47,467 nt of DNA from Nemertoderma westbladi (lineage: Eukaryota > Animalia > Xenacoelomorpha): contig JAUCBJ010000524.1 of the NCBI GenBank assembly GCA_032718475.1, positions 1-47,467 of the forward strand. The letters run 5' to 3'. Position numbers and translations under genes: made by a program. The notes below the pieces were generated by a model, which was not told where the DNA came from, made no database searches, and worked only from the letters and a program-made list of their open reading frames with translations. How positions within the stretch are numbered: the first letter of the stretch is position 1; every line of letters starts with the position of its first letter. Positions 1 through 12,135 of this stretch are shown piece after piece.

Positions 1-1607
1 AATATACCGTATATATATAGTTCATACATAAGTAATGACTTAAATGCGAATGAAATGGAAAAATGTAATCCATAAATTTATCCATTTGTACTATCCTAAC
101 ACCATTGAACCTCACATATTGGCCCTATTTAAAAAAATATCAATAGCGCCCAGGTGGTGTAAATGGTTAATGAGCTTCTATTGTATAGGTAAGTGGATTT
201 CTTAAAGAAAATGTAAACTTGTTTGCTCTAAAGAATGGGTTGGATACTAATATAGGGTTTGCTCTTGAGAGTTAGTGTAGCGCCCTCCACCTCCCATATA
301 CAGTAGGTAACAGCCAATTGCTTATTCATAAATGTTTTTAAACTAATTTAAAAAATATTCATAAAACCCTAAAAGATGATATAAATAAAGGGAACTTAAT
401 AAACACCGTACAGGCACATCTGACGATTTAATGAAAAGGCCTTCAGTTCATTAATAGTATAAACATTCAACAGTGAAGATACAGTATTAAATAGACAGGG
501 GGATATCCTGAAAATGAATCCTTTAATTCATCGAAGGGTCTTCAGAGCGTATTGAAACTTGTTTCTGATATTAGATATATATATATTATTATTATTATTA
601 TATTACTATCATTATATATATAATATATATCTATATTACTATTATATTATTACTGTACTATTAGATATATATTACTATTAGATATGTTATATATACAGTA
701 CTGTATATTTATACATTATGTAAAAACAATAACTCTTTTCAGATTCGGAATCTGCAGATGAAGGCAGTTAGAATGATATCTAGAATATGATGTCTGCAAT
801 TCCATTTCATACACGGCACATCTGTTGCATCTGCAAATACTGTGAATGCAGCGCTGAAAATGCTTATCATGTCTTGCACTGTGAAAATGCGCCTGGGCTC
901 TCATCTGTAGCAAGAAAATATTCCCCCCCCCCCCCGTTTTTCTGACTGTAAATATGTTATCAGATCTATATTTATGTATCCCCCTTTTAAATCTATAATA
1001 TTATATTTATAAATATTTTAAAAAATATTTTACCATATAATTAAATAAAACTATGCCAGATTGCCCCGCCTGGGGGTGTACGATTAAAAAAATGATATCT
1101 ACTGTATAATAATATTAAAAAAAAAACGAAATATATAGCCAACAGAAGAGTAGCTAAATAGTCCAGTCCTTTATTAGCGGCTTGTTGTACTGTAGCTAAA
1201 TAATTGAAAAATCCTGTCAGGACAGCAGTAAGTAAAGGTGACGAGTTATCTTCATACACAAACTTTGGTAGAATTTGAATGAAATTTAAAAAAAGTAGGG
1301 TGGGGGGTGTCCGACATTCTAAATATGTTTGTTGTTTACATTTAATCCATGCACCCTCACATGGAGAAACTTTTTTTCTGCTACTTGTTTTTCAAAAAAA
1401 GTTGCTCCGTGTAAGGTGGTCAGCAATTAAGTTACTACAGTAGACACACTCAAAAACATTTCGCAACGAAATTTTGTGTTATTTTTTTCCCTAGGGAAAA
1501 AGTACTTATTTTTCTCTCGATTTTGGGGTATATTTGAGCGCAAAAGTAACAATTTAAGATTAACTCGTATTACATATCATTAGCCTATCCTAGTATTTAC
1601 ATCTTAA

Positions 1608-3104
1608 CCCTATTAGTACCGGGCTATAAAATGTTGTACAAATACCGGGGGGGGGGGTCATATTGACCCCCCCCTCTAAAATCTACAAATATTTACGAAA
1701 ACGTCTGATTTTTTGTTTGTACGTAGGTATCACTTGTCTGGATCCGACCGAAAAAAAAAATTTTCGAAAAAATGTACTGGGGTGGTTATATTGCAGCACC
1801 AAAATTACAAGTAGTGCACAATTTTCACCAAATTTGAAAGTTACATTTTCGGCTAATTATTTTTCAATACAGGTTTTCTGGGGTGCAAAATACATTGGAA
1901 AATATTAAAAAATGATATGATTACTATAAATGGCTGTTTAGTCCTCTCTGCGTAGGAAAAAAATGAAAAAAACAAGTAACCAGCACTTTTCAGTTAGAAC
2001 ACAAAATTTTTAATTCACTTATACGATGCTATAAATTCACATTTTCAGGTTTTCGAGGGCGCTGATTCTAATGGAATACATTTCTAATATGCCAGATCAT
2101 TGCTACTTGTATTTTTCGGCGTAATTTGGCAAATTTTGGTGCTAGCACCAAATTTCGTACCCATCACCAAAAAGTACAAGTTTGCGATGTCCAGTGCTGT
2201 TTTTATTGATTCCATCGGATTCAGGACCCTCATAAACCCGTATAACGCAAGAAACAAGGTGATACTATCTACTTATCAATTTGCATATTTTCCAAAATTT
2301 GGTGCTGGCACAACAATTTTCACCCACCGGCGAAAAATACAAGTTTGAGAACTCTTATGAAATTTTTACTGATTCCATTGAATTCAGAACCATCACAAAC
2401 CCGTATAACGCAAGAAACAAGGTGACACAATCAATTGATATATTTGATGGTTTTCAAAATTTGGTGCTAGCACCACATTTTGCACCCACATCCGAAAAAT
2501 ACAAGTTTGAGATGTCTAGTTCGATAATTATATTTTCCATTGAATTCAGAACAGCCATAAACCTCTAAAACGCAAGAAATAAATTGTCACAAGCAATTTT
2601 ATCTATTGAATGGATTTTCAAAATTTCGTGCTAGCACCAAAATTTGCACCCACCACCGAAAAATACAAGTTTGATACGCTTGGTGCAACTCGTATATATT
2701 TCATCGAAACCAGAACCCCAAAAAACCCCAATTGCGTAAAAAACAAGTTTCACACAATCAATTTACAAAATTGACATATTTCAAAATTTGGTGCCTGCAA
2801 ATTTCTAACACCAAAAAACCGGTGTAAATCAAAAATAGAGATGTTACAATTCATATTTAATGAAATGTAATTTTCAAAAAACGTCTCAAAAAAAGTGCCA
2901 AAAGTAGGGTTAAAAAATGGGGCTATAACTCGAAAAGTACCCAATATTTTTAAAAACTGTTTTCACTACTAGGAAGACAATAGATTTTTAGGAAAAGTCA
3001 TAAAATTTCAGATTCCCAACTGCGTTTGTTTCAGAATTATAATAAAAAAACCACGGGGGGGGGGTCATATTGACCCCCCCCCCCCCCCCCCGGGTTTAAT
3101 AGGG
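1608..3104. mobile_element. Non-autonomous piggyBac-like element (TTAA TSD)
   Basis: TTAA at 1604-1607 and 3105-3108. Ends are CCCTATTA...TAATAGGG. The subterminal palindrome G(n)TCATATTGAC(n) occurs near both ends (~1647-1674 and ~3055-3091). No transposase ORF. Confidence 0.85.
2131..2800 (+). repeat. ~163-bp diverged tandem repeat (about 4 units) inside the piggyBac-like element
   Basis: The block AAATTT(T)GGTGCTAGCACC...TACAAGTTTG...AACGCAAGAAA recurs at ~2131, 2295, 2457 and 2621, with a partial unit at ~2783. Confidence 0.8.
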
Positions 3105-4065
3105 TTAAACTAAAAAGGTCAAAAGAAATCAGGTATTTTAAATACACTAGCAACCAATCAAAATTTACTACAGTAGCTACCACTAAATTGAATGTCAGCC
3201 GACAAATTCAAAGAAAACAAATAAAAAAAAATGCAAATAAAATTGGTCAAAAATGGTCACACAAACGATAGGAGTGCCCATGGGTGTCTCAAAAGGCATA
3301 CAAATTTTTGAATGAACGTAAAATCTGCTGTGGACTCTCGATACGAATTGTTATACAGAGACACACATCAATCTAGGTCTATGATCTGTGAACGGCCTAT
3401 CAGATCTGTAATTGCCCATTATTTAGTAGGTAAGTAAGAAACAGCCCTGAATTTTTTACGTTTTGTTTTAAGAATGATATTGGTGTATTTAGAAGGAAAT
3501 TTAATCTATACAGTACGTACGTATTATTCACATAAAATCTTTATATTTGTAATAAGAAATGGGTGAATTTATTAGTATTAACTGTGGTTTGGTCATATTA
3601 GTAATATGGGAATAATTTGACTGCAGTATAATCCGGCCCACTCATTGGTTTAACTACTTTAGGTTGGCGATAAAGTTTTAATTTAATGACAGGCGCGAAC
3701 ACCCTTATGTATATCAGCAGACTGCCCCCCCCCCCCCCCCCCCCCCCCAGTCATGTCTTCTTCTCTCGTCTTGTTCACAATTAATTAATAATAATATTAT
3801 TGTTGGTAATCAATATTATTGGATTCACATCCAGTACTTACTTCTGCCCACTGACCTGACCTCCCCACCATTCCATAGTCAATCCTTAGCAAACAATACG
3901 ATGTAATTGCTTTGATAAAACCCATAAATAAAACTTAAAATGTAAAATCGGGATGCAAAAGATCACTTTCTGAGCTACGAAAGGAAATTTGGATACAACT
4001 TGTATGGATACAAGCGGTCCGTTTAACTTACAAAGTGAATAATACGAATGTGCGAAGTTAAGAAC

Positions 4066-4175
4066 AGTCGGGGGGGAAGTGTCCGGGGGGAAGTGTCTGG
4101 GGGGGGAGTGTCCGGGGGGGAAGTGTCCTACTTGAACGGGGGGGAACTGTCCGGGGGGAGGGGGGGAAGTTTGGT
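4066..4175 (+). repeat. G-rich subterminal-type repeat (GGGGGAAGTGTCC)n, probable DNA-transposon remnant
   Basis: About five copies of GGGGG(G)AAGTGTCC. No matching opposite end was found. Confidence 0.5.
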
Positions 4176-4819
4176 CACCATAGTAATATTAATTGTACTA
4201 CTAAGTGGGTGCAGTCTCAGTACTCATTAAAAACAGGTACAGTAGATTTATCAATTAATACGATATCAGGGGAAGGGGGGGGGGGGGGGGGGGGGGGGGG
4301 GTCCTTTCGATATCCAAACGTTGTTAAATAAAATACCCGGCTGTAAGGTAATCATATTAATTACTTAAAATGTTGTGTGAATAGGGAACTTTTTTCAACC
4401 TATGATCCATATCTTGTTAATCTATATTAAATTTCTTTGTACTGAGATTTTCAGGGGCGCTGATTCAAATGATGCTATTCTCGAAAGACGTTGACGTAGA
4501 CTTCGAAAGACTTAAATATATATCCTCTATCTTTATATATATATAAATATTACTGCATGATAAAGGCCTGTTGGCTGAAATATAGCATTATATAATATAA
4601 CCGATGATATAGACCACATTTAACTAACTTTATTATATATATCTCTTATTATTACAGAAGATGTTTAACCGAAACGGTTAAAAGGATATTATATTATAAT
4701 AAATATCGATTCAATGGTGACCGTGAAAATTATTTCGTGTAATTTTATCTTCATATAAATGAAACTAAATAAATCAATTCATTTTCAGATTAAACTTTAA
4801 CAACATACAATGAAAAAAA

Positions 4820-5590
4820 AAATGCGGCCGGAATTCCGGCCAAAGCCGGACTTTTTTTTATCGTAACCGGATTATTATATATCACCAAAACCGTTTGCAC
4901 CATAACCTACGCCGATTTGAAATTTGCTAATTTGATATAATTTATTGATTTGATGTTGTTAAATGTAAAATATGAAAATAAAATCTCAATCTTAATCTCA
5001 ATTTGTAACAATACCTAGACCTAACACCAAAATACCTAGACCTAACACCAAAATACCTACACCTAACACCAAAATACCTAGACCTAACACCAAAACACCT
5101 AGACCTAACACCAAAATACCTAGACCTAACACCAAAATACCTAGACCTAACACCAAAATACCTAGACCTAACACCAAAATACCTAGACCACTAATTAATT
5201 AAGTGTTAGTGAGGCTGAGCCCAACCAAATACAAATATTCTTGGCAAAAAAGTAGTCAGTCAGTTCAGCATGTCGATTGTAGAAATAGTCATAAAATTAT
5301 AGCTCTGCTTTAGACATGAACTCATAACATGAATAATGAATATGATACAATCTATCAAAAAAATTGTATTGTATTCCAGTGTATTTGCTTAAATGTTAAA
5401 ATTTGTGTGAATTTGAAAGAAAATTTATTGTGATGTTTTTTTGAAAATTTATATTAATTGTCAATTTTGTTAACAATTCGTTGAAATGGAAATCCGGCCA
5501 AAAATTTAAATCCGGCCGGAGCCGGAACCGGATTTTTTTCTCAAAATCCGGCCGGAATTCCGGCCCGGCCGGATATCCGGCACACCCCTA
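4820..5590. mobile_element. Partial hAT-like MITE (right end only)
   Basis: Clusters of CCGG motifs (4825-4870, 5492-5580) end in CCGGATATCCGGCACACCCCTA, a TAGGG-type terminus like the other hAT MITEs in this window. The left terminus and TSD were not found. Confidence 0.5.
5010..5189 (+). repeat. 21-bp minisatellite (AAAATACCTAGACCTAACACC) x ~8.5
   Basis: Directly visible, near-perfect tandem array. Confidence 0.95.
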
Positions 5591-7533
5591 CAATTTACCT
5601 TTAACTGAAAATAACGAAATAATTAAATCGCCACAAGTAATAACTGTATCACAATCTTCGTTTACAAAGTCCACCCCTCTGACCTTCTCTACAGTGTTTA
5701 TTATAGCCGTAGGTTTGTAATTAAACTCAGTAATAATGGATAATTGATTAAGCCAATTAGTCGCTTCGTTAATTAATCTTTTTTTTATTTCTTTCATTTT
5801 TATGTAAAGTTTCATTATTTATAGGAAAGTTATTTCCGTCTTTAGTATAAACTAATACAACTGAACCCTTTCCTACGGCTATATCGGAACTGTTGGGAGA
5901 GAAAGCGAATGTGGATAAACTGAAACTTCCTAACTCAGTAACTGGGAATCCGCCGTCAGGTACTAACCAACTGGATAACTTATCGTTACTAAACTGCTAA
6001 ACCCATAAACAATAATAATTCTATAATCAGGTAAAACTTCCAACCCACAACCCTTTGGGAATTCACCAACAACCGAATGATTCCCAGTTAATATATAGGT
6101 AAGAACTAATTTACCGCTCCCATCTAGAGTTGCTACTGTATTATTACAGTTTAATGCTACTAAAACTGCATAATCGTAAACTCCGGATTAGGAACTAAAC
6201 TACGGAGAAATTTACCCGGTTTCTCAAAAAACCATTTGTAAAAATTTCCAAGTAAACCGGAACAAGCCGACTCCTTATAAATCCACACACTGAGTTTATC
6301 AGCCGCTTTACTAACTAAATAGTTCGATGGAGCAATAAAAACTAATTCCTCTACAGCTACACGTTCACTAGATGTTGTTGGTAAAGTAATTAATTTATTT
6401 TTATAATAAACCCGTAAAATTCCCCGTAAGAGAAAACCGGATGGTTTTCTATTCCAGTTGTCCAAGATATCCGACTCTCTTCGTCTTTATTTAGTTTAAT
6501 ATTCTCTTCCATATTCATTATATGGAGGGAGTCCCACGCAATCGCTGCTATGGTAACTGGTTCCGTATCTAGTACAGCTCGAACCCCCCCGTATTCCCCC
6601 GATTCTGTACCGAAGCTGTTAATGTGTAGAGTTACTGTATTGGACCCAATAAATACAGTAACTCAAAAACTCACCAGAAGAGGAAACATTCGCGCGGCGG
6701 CGCGGGTAGAACAGTAGAAAACAACTTAACCGGTCCGGTTGAACCGATTAGCATTCGATGGGGTGTTTCTCCGGTTTTACAATCCAGCACAAGCCTGGCC
6801 GATCCCCACAGTGGATATCCGATTACAGGATTATTATAGGCCTAAGAACGCGACCCACCGCTCCGAGGTGTTTAATTCCTTGTAGGTGGAGGTTGTAGCC
6901 CTCGTTGGTAATTTTCCGCCTCCGTATAAAATACTGGAATCCAAATATGGGATCATAATAAGTAGTGGCGGTAAAGCAGTACAGCAATATAACTGTATAA
7001 TAATACTGTGACTGTAATCCAGTAATCAAGGCATTGGCAGAATACACAAAAACCACACCAGTAGGGCAGTAGGGTGCATACAACAGTACAGGTAGGTAGG
7101 CACATAAAACCCAACACCAACCGAAAATCTACGCATATACAGTATATATCAGTTTCTGATATATAACTAAACAATAAAACAATAGTTCACATACCCCCAC
7201 GTCATAGCTAATGGGCTACGAAATAATCAGGTTTCTTAGAGATACGACCATGTGAGGTAATTAAAGGAGATTGGTTACTATCAATATAGGGGTAGATTCC
7301 CTTTTACCTCGAACCTTTCTATCGATGCAGTTTTCTTGAGCATTATCAACACATAGAGGCAACATTTGAGTTTTTTGTTGTTAATCAGTACCCCCACGGT
7401 TAGGAACCTCATAACAACTGTCGACTTCAAGTGGAATAAGTAGATGAACCGTCCGTGTCGTTTTCTTGCCATTCAAAAGTATCTCCAGTAGCCCGACATT
7501 CTGGACCAACAAAGGGTTTTATAAAAAGCGGGC

Positions 7534-7890
7534 CTACCGGGCTAAAGGCCATCGACCCCGAGGACAGTTGTCTTGATGAACCAACACAAGGTTACCAAGA
7601 TTTGGTAGACGAGAAGGTGATTTCCTAGTGCGCCAGTTACGGAGAGAAGCCAAATATTCTGTTGACCAAAGCTTCCAAAACCTGCGGCTGATTTGATCAC
7701 GGGAGTATAAACACTGCTGCAATTTATCTGAACCTATAGCAGCGGGATCAATGTCATTGTCATCTTTAGGAGGGATACCATATAAGAAATCACTTGGTGT
7801 GATTATATTAAAACCATTAGGATCTGAACTAACAGAAGTTAGAGGTCTCAAATTAGCAACCATTTCAACCTCAGCTATTGTTAAGCGCAA
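7534..7890 (-). pseudogene. BEL/Pao LTR retrotransposon pol fragment: end of integrase plus C-terminal DUF5641-like region
   Basis: The motifs EVEMVANLRPLT, ITPSDFL, FWKLWSTEYLASLR and LVLVHQDNCPRGRWPLAR are characteristic of the BEL/Pao integrase C-terminus. Truncated at both ends. Confidence 0.85.
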
Positions 7891-9907
7891 GCAGAGCCGT
7901 CAGCAATGCTTCTTACTGTTGAACGATACAGCAAAATAACAACTGATTCTTACTGTACGCGGTCTGCCTTGGCCCAACGCAATCTTAATTTGAACACAGG
8001 CAGAACCGTCTGCTAAATATGTTACTATTGTTGACTATTCGGCTCTGACAATCACTCGCTCCTTTCTCTGTTGATTGCTCAACAGAGAGCCAACTGTTCG
8101 AATCTATGAGCCACACACAGCGATAACCAAAACAATAAATCTGAAATGGCTCCCTAAGCTACTTAAAATGAGTGCGGGTGGTCTAGCACTCGGCGTTCAC
8201 TTATCACAGAAACACTGAAAGTTACTGGGCGGAATATGTCGAATGTGAGAATATTTTATATGTAATACGGGGTAGGCCTGTTGAATTTTACTACAGTAAT
8301 GTCGAAACTTGGCCTTCGCTGGCTTTAGGCATTAGGCCAGCAGATTTACTACTGTATACCAGCTACCGCTATCAGCCCGTTGCCTCACTATTTTCAATTG
8401 ACCGCCTAGTGTCGAATCTACGGTATTCTAAAACAATTACCTAAAACTACTCTCTGCTATGCCGCGTACGAATTCTTTATTTTATTCTAACATTGCTAAA
8501 TTAACTACAGTGTCATAAATACGAATTTGCGTACTAATTAATTACTAAGTATTCCAGAATACGTATTTCTATTTTCTAATCTATTACGTTACTGAGTTAT
8601 ACTAGCAACAGCCTAAATACTGTATTATTTTGACCTAATCAGCAATTAATAAGCATAAACTAAGAAATGGAAAACAATCAAGAAAACAGCGCCTATCTAA
8701 GCATTCACATTCAAGAATCAGGCACTCTTTAGCAACACAACATAAAATAGCGCAGCAATAAAGCTAGTAGTATGGCAGATAACACTAGCAGCGCCAGTCA
8801 GCTAGTGTCGACTAGAGCGCTAGAATACCAGTCTGCTAATATACTAGTGTAAGAAGCAAAGGCCACCCAAAGCCACACGTATGCCTCCTAACTAAGCCTC
8901 CTATTTCTACCGTAACGCTGCAAGGTAGAGACGAAATCTGGATCGTCAGCCCCCAAATACTGTAATGACGACCGGTCCCCGGTCCTTTGCTCATTAGCCT
9001 GACCGCAACTGTGGCCCCCCGCCAGCGTTGCCCCACATTGGATCCTCCACACCTCCCTTCGTCGCTTCCACGGTGCGCCCGCCGCGCCTACCGGTACCCT
9101 TAGCCCTCCAAAACAAATAGCTACCATATCGGCGCATGCGTTCACAAACAGTCTGACAGTCGAAAGGAAATCCCCGTAAGGATTATATTACATCTCAATT
9201 ACATAGCCTAGAAATCAAGAGTCAATGCAGAAATCATTATTCGAAATTGTAATCAAGAAGTAATCAGAGGAATCAGCATTAACGATTTACATAATTAGAA
9301 GAAAGAATCAACAAAGAATTCAAAACATTTATCAAAAACGTGCAGTACTGCTGTACCGACACAACACACTAACACGAATACTGAATACACTGACAGAATA
9401 CTGCAAAAGTATACGAAGGCAGATAAGATTAATTTCGCGATTATTAAAGCACATTAACCATAAATTCGATATAAAGCCAGTTTAGAGAGAAATATAAAAG
9501 GAAATTAGCACAAATATACAATTAGTTCTGTCAATATTGATAAACGGCAAAATTCGTATTAAGGTTTTATGAAAGTTTGCCACCATAAATGTTATTTTCT
9601 AAGATTTTATTATAAAATTACATACACAAAACTACATACTGTACAAAAGCGGATGAAATATATAAACTTGGATATTTTATTTTCCCTATCTAATCACGGC
9701 TGTACCTCATTATGATTTATCTAAAATACTTTATACTGTATAATGGGCTGCTTCAGTACACAGCACCATATATCGTAACACCGCTCCAAGGGAAACAAGT
9801 AATGTTTCCCTACAATTGTAGAAGAATATAGGGCGATGTGAATTAACAAAATAAAATTTACTTTCAAACAATTCAATAACTTGGTTCTAAAATAATTCTA
9901 ATATGTA

Positions 9908-10132
9908 CAAATATTGCCACTAATATTGCATAATGATTTTTACATACAAATTAAATTACAAAAATATTGCCTCGTTCATTGCATAATGAATACTACATAC
10001 AAATTAAATTACAAAAATATTGCTTCCGTTACTGCATAATGATTACTACATACAAATTAAATTAAAAAAATATTGCTTCCGTTACTGCATAGTGATTACT
10101 ACATACAAATTAAATTACAAAAATATTGCTTC
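9908..10132 (+). repeat. ~53-bp tandem repeat, about 4 copies
   Basis: AAATATTGC...TGCATAATGA...ACATACAAATTAAATTACAA recurs at ~9909, 9962, 10015 and 10068, with a partial unit at ~10121. Confidence 0.9.
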
Positions 10133-10857
10133 TTTCATTTATTTACAAATTGACAGTCTACCTAAGTAATACAAAAACGCCCTGGCTAGGGCAGGTGAAA
10201 GGGGTAAGCCAAACCTGCAGGTTTGTCTCCCCAATCACCTCTTTCGCCTCCTGCTTTCCGCTTATAAAATTCTAAAAAATGAATACGACTAGTGTATATG
10301 AGTCCAGTCGGATGTATTATTAAAACCTACAATATACATCAGAGCGACGATGATGTATATGTCTAGAGTTTGTCGCTCCGTGATGTTATAGTATCATCGA
10401 CTAGGTCCTGGGTCTCTCGGGCTCGCTCCTCTTTTCCGTCCCCTTCCCATAGATACACCAGTCTACCCCCTGTAGACTCCGTTGACGGCATCCGTGAGGC
10501 GTCACTTCCCGGGACCGGCAACGAAAACGTTCCCTGAGCACCAACTGGCTCCCGACTGGTGCTCCTGCCTCGGCCTCATCCCATTTGCCGCGTCGCTGCG
10601 GGCGCCTCCACCAACTCTTCCTTCTGCAACTGCACGCGCCCTTTTCGGACGCCCCCTGCGCCTTTCGTTGCAGTCGCTGGGCGTCTATAACCTCGTGATA
10701 TTGCACATCCTTAGCTTGACGCTTACAAAGAACTACTCCATCTGTTCCTTGCCGCGAGCTATGAGCTCCGGCTGTTGTCGCTGTGGGCGCGGCGGTCCTT
10801 TGCTCCTCCACCCGTTCAGCAGTCAATGACCCCAACTGAACGTGAGTTAGCAAGAAC

Positions 10858-11271
10858 TCATTTCTGTATTGGATGGCCGCCATCCTCCAATTGCCTCGTA
10901 ACTAACATATCCCGGAAGAAGTTAGCGCTGTGGTTCTGGAAGGAATCAACACGCAGCTGGCACTTCGAACTATGGTGTCCTTTCACCCCGCAATATCTAC
11001 ACTGAGAAATGAAGATGGTACAGGTATGAAACGAATGGTCGGTTTTGTTGCACCAACGCAAAACCTTGTGCGCTGCTTCTACTACAGCGTCACACGTCTT
11101 CTGACTATGTCTCGTGCTGCCGCACAACTTACATCTACGCGCTTGCGGAAACCAAGCCCTCTCATATATGAGGTCTCCAATCGGTTTTGCGCTTCCTTCC
11201 TTCGCAAAATCTAGAATGATGTCATCCTCTCCAGTCAAGGGTTGCCGATAGTTGGACAAATAGTTGGACAA
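10858..11271 (-). pseudogene. Gag-like fragment with CCHC zinc knuckles (retroelement derived)
   Basis: CKLCGSTRHSQKTC and CRYCGVKGHHSSKC fit CX2CX4HX4C, with a degenerate third knuckle between them. No associated complete pol. Confidence 0.65.
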
Positions 11272-11305
11272 AGCTTATCTGCTCTCCAGGCAGATAAAGT
11301 TACAA

Positions 11306-11514
11306 AATCTTGAGAGAATTGGCTGAATAAATTGAAAGTGACTAAATTTGATTGATTAGTTTGTACTATATTACCAAATGAGCCAGTGGGCATTACTCGG
11401 GATTCAATAATGGGTAAGTCTAATTCATTTCAATCTTGAGAGAATTGGCTGAATAAATTGAAAGTGACTAAATTTGATTGATTAGTTTGTACTATATTAC
11501 CAAATGAGCTAGTG
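11306..11514 (+). repeat. 83-bp direct duplication (offset 126 bp) abutting the left TIR of the kinase transposon
   Basis: 11306-11388 and 11432-11514 differ at one base (GAGCCAGTG vs GAGCTAGTG). Confidence 0.9.
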
Positions 11515-11951
11515 TATGGTGGCCGACTGCTGCCACATAAACCATCAATGTCTAATAAAAAATTTCAATAAAAATTTTTAATAAAAAATTAAATAAAAAA
11601 AATTTCAATAAAAAAAATTAAAAAAAAATTCAATAAAAAAAAATTCAATAAAAAAATTCAATAAAAAAAATTTCGATAAAAAAAATTACAAAAAAATTCA
11701 ATAAAAAAATTCAATAAAAAAAATTCAATAAAAAAATATGTTAAATTTTTTTCTTAAACCCACCGTGGCCTACAGCTGCCAGGTATTCATTTAATACTAA
11801 CCACTGCAGTTATATTATACTGTATAGGTGGCAGTACTCGGCCACAGCGAAATAGAAAAAAAAATTGCAAAGTAAAATTGAATTCACACGTGGCCGACTG
11901 CTGCCAAATACTTTCAAACACATGGAAACATGGCCTACAGCTGCCAAAATG
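11513..11951 (+). repeat. Left terminal inverted repeat (439 bp)
   Basis: Reverse complement of 15874-16367. Contains repeated TGGCC(GACT/TACA)GCTGCC boxes and an (A)nTTCAATA array. Confidence 0.95.
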
Positions 11952-12135
11952 CATGCAGCATGCACATGCAGTAATACCATGGAGTACACTGTCACCTGTC
12001 CTGTACCAAGCAGTAAAAAAGTAAGTTCAGAAGTTCGGTCGTACCGGTACCCTATGCCCTACACAGTATAGCTTTTCTCCGAGTAGTACGGTACAGTAGC
12101 AGTCAGTCAGTATTACTGTATTAAGTACAGTAGTC

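Noticed and set aside
1041-1259. 72-aa ORF with a hydrophobic stretch
   Set aside because: It is short, starts at a non-ATG codon, and has no family motif or convincing splice context.
7480-9200. Possible LTR, PBS and PPT of the BEL/Pao element (e.g. GGGCGGAATA|TGT at ~8227-8239)
   Set aside because: No paired LTR could be found and the orientation conflicts with the pol fragment, so it is unsupported.
5010-10132. Short regular repeats (21 bp and 53 bp) as a possible CRISPR array
   Set aside because: They are contiguous tandem units with no unique spacers, there are no cas genes, and the context is eukaryotic.
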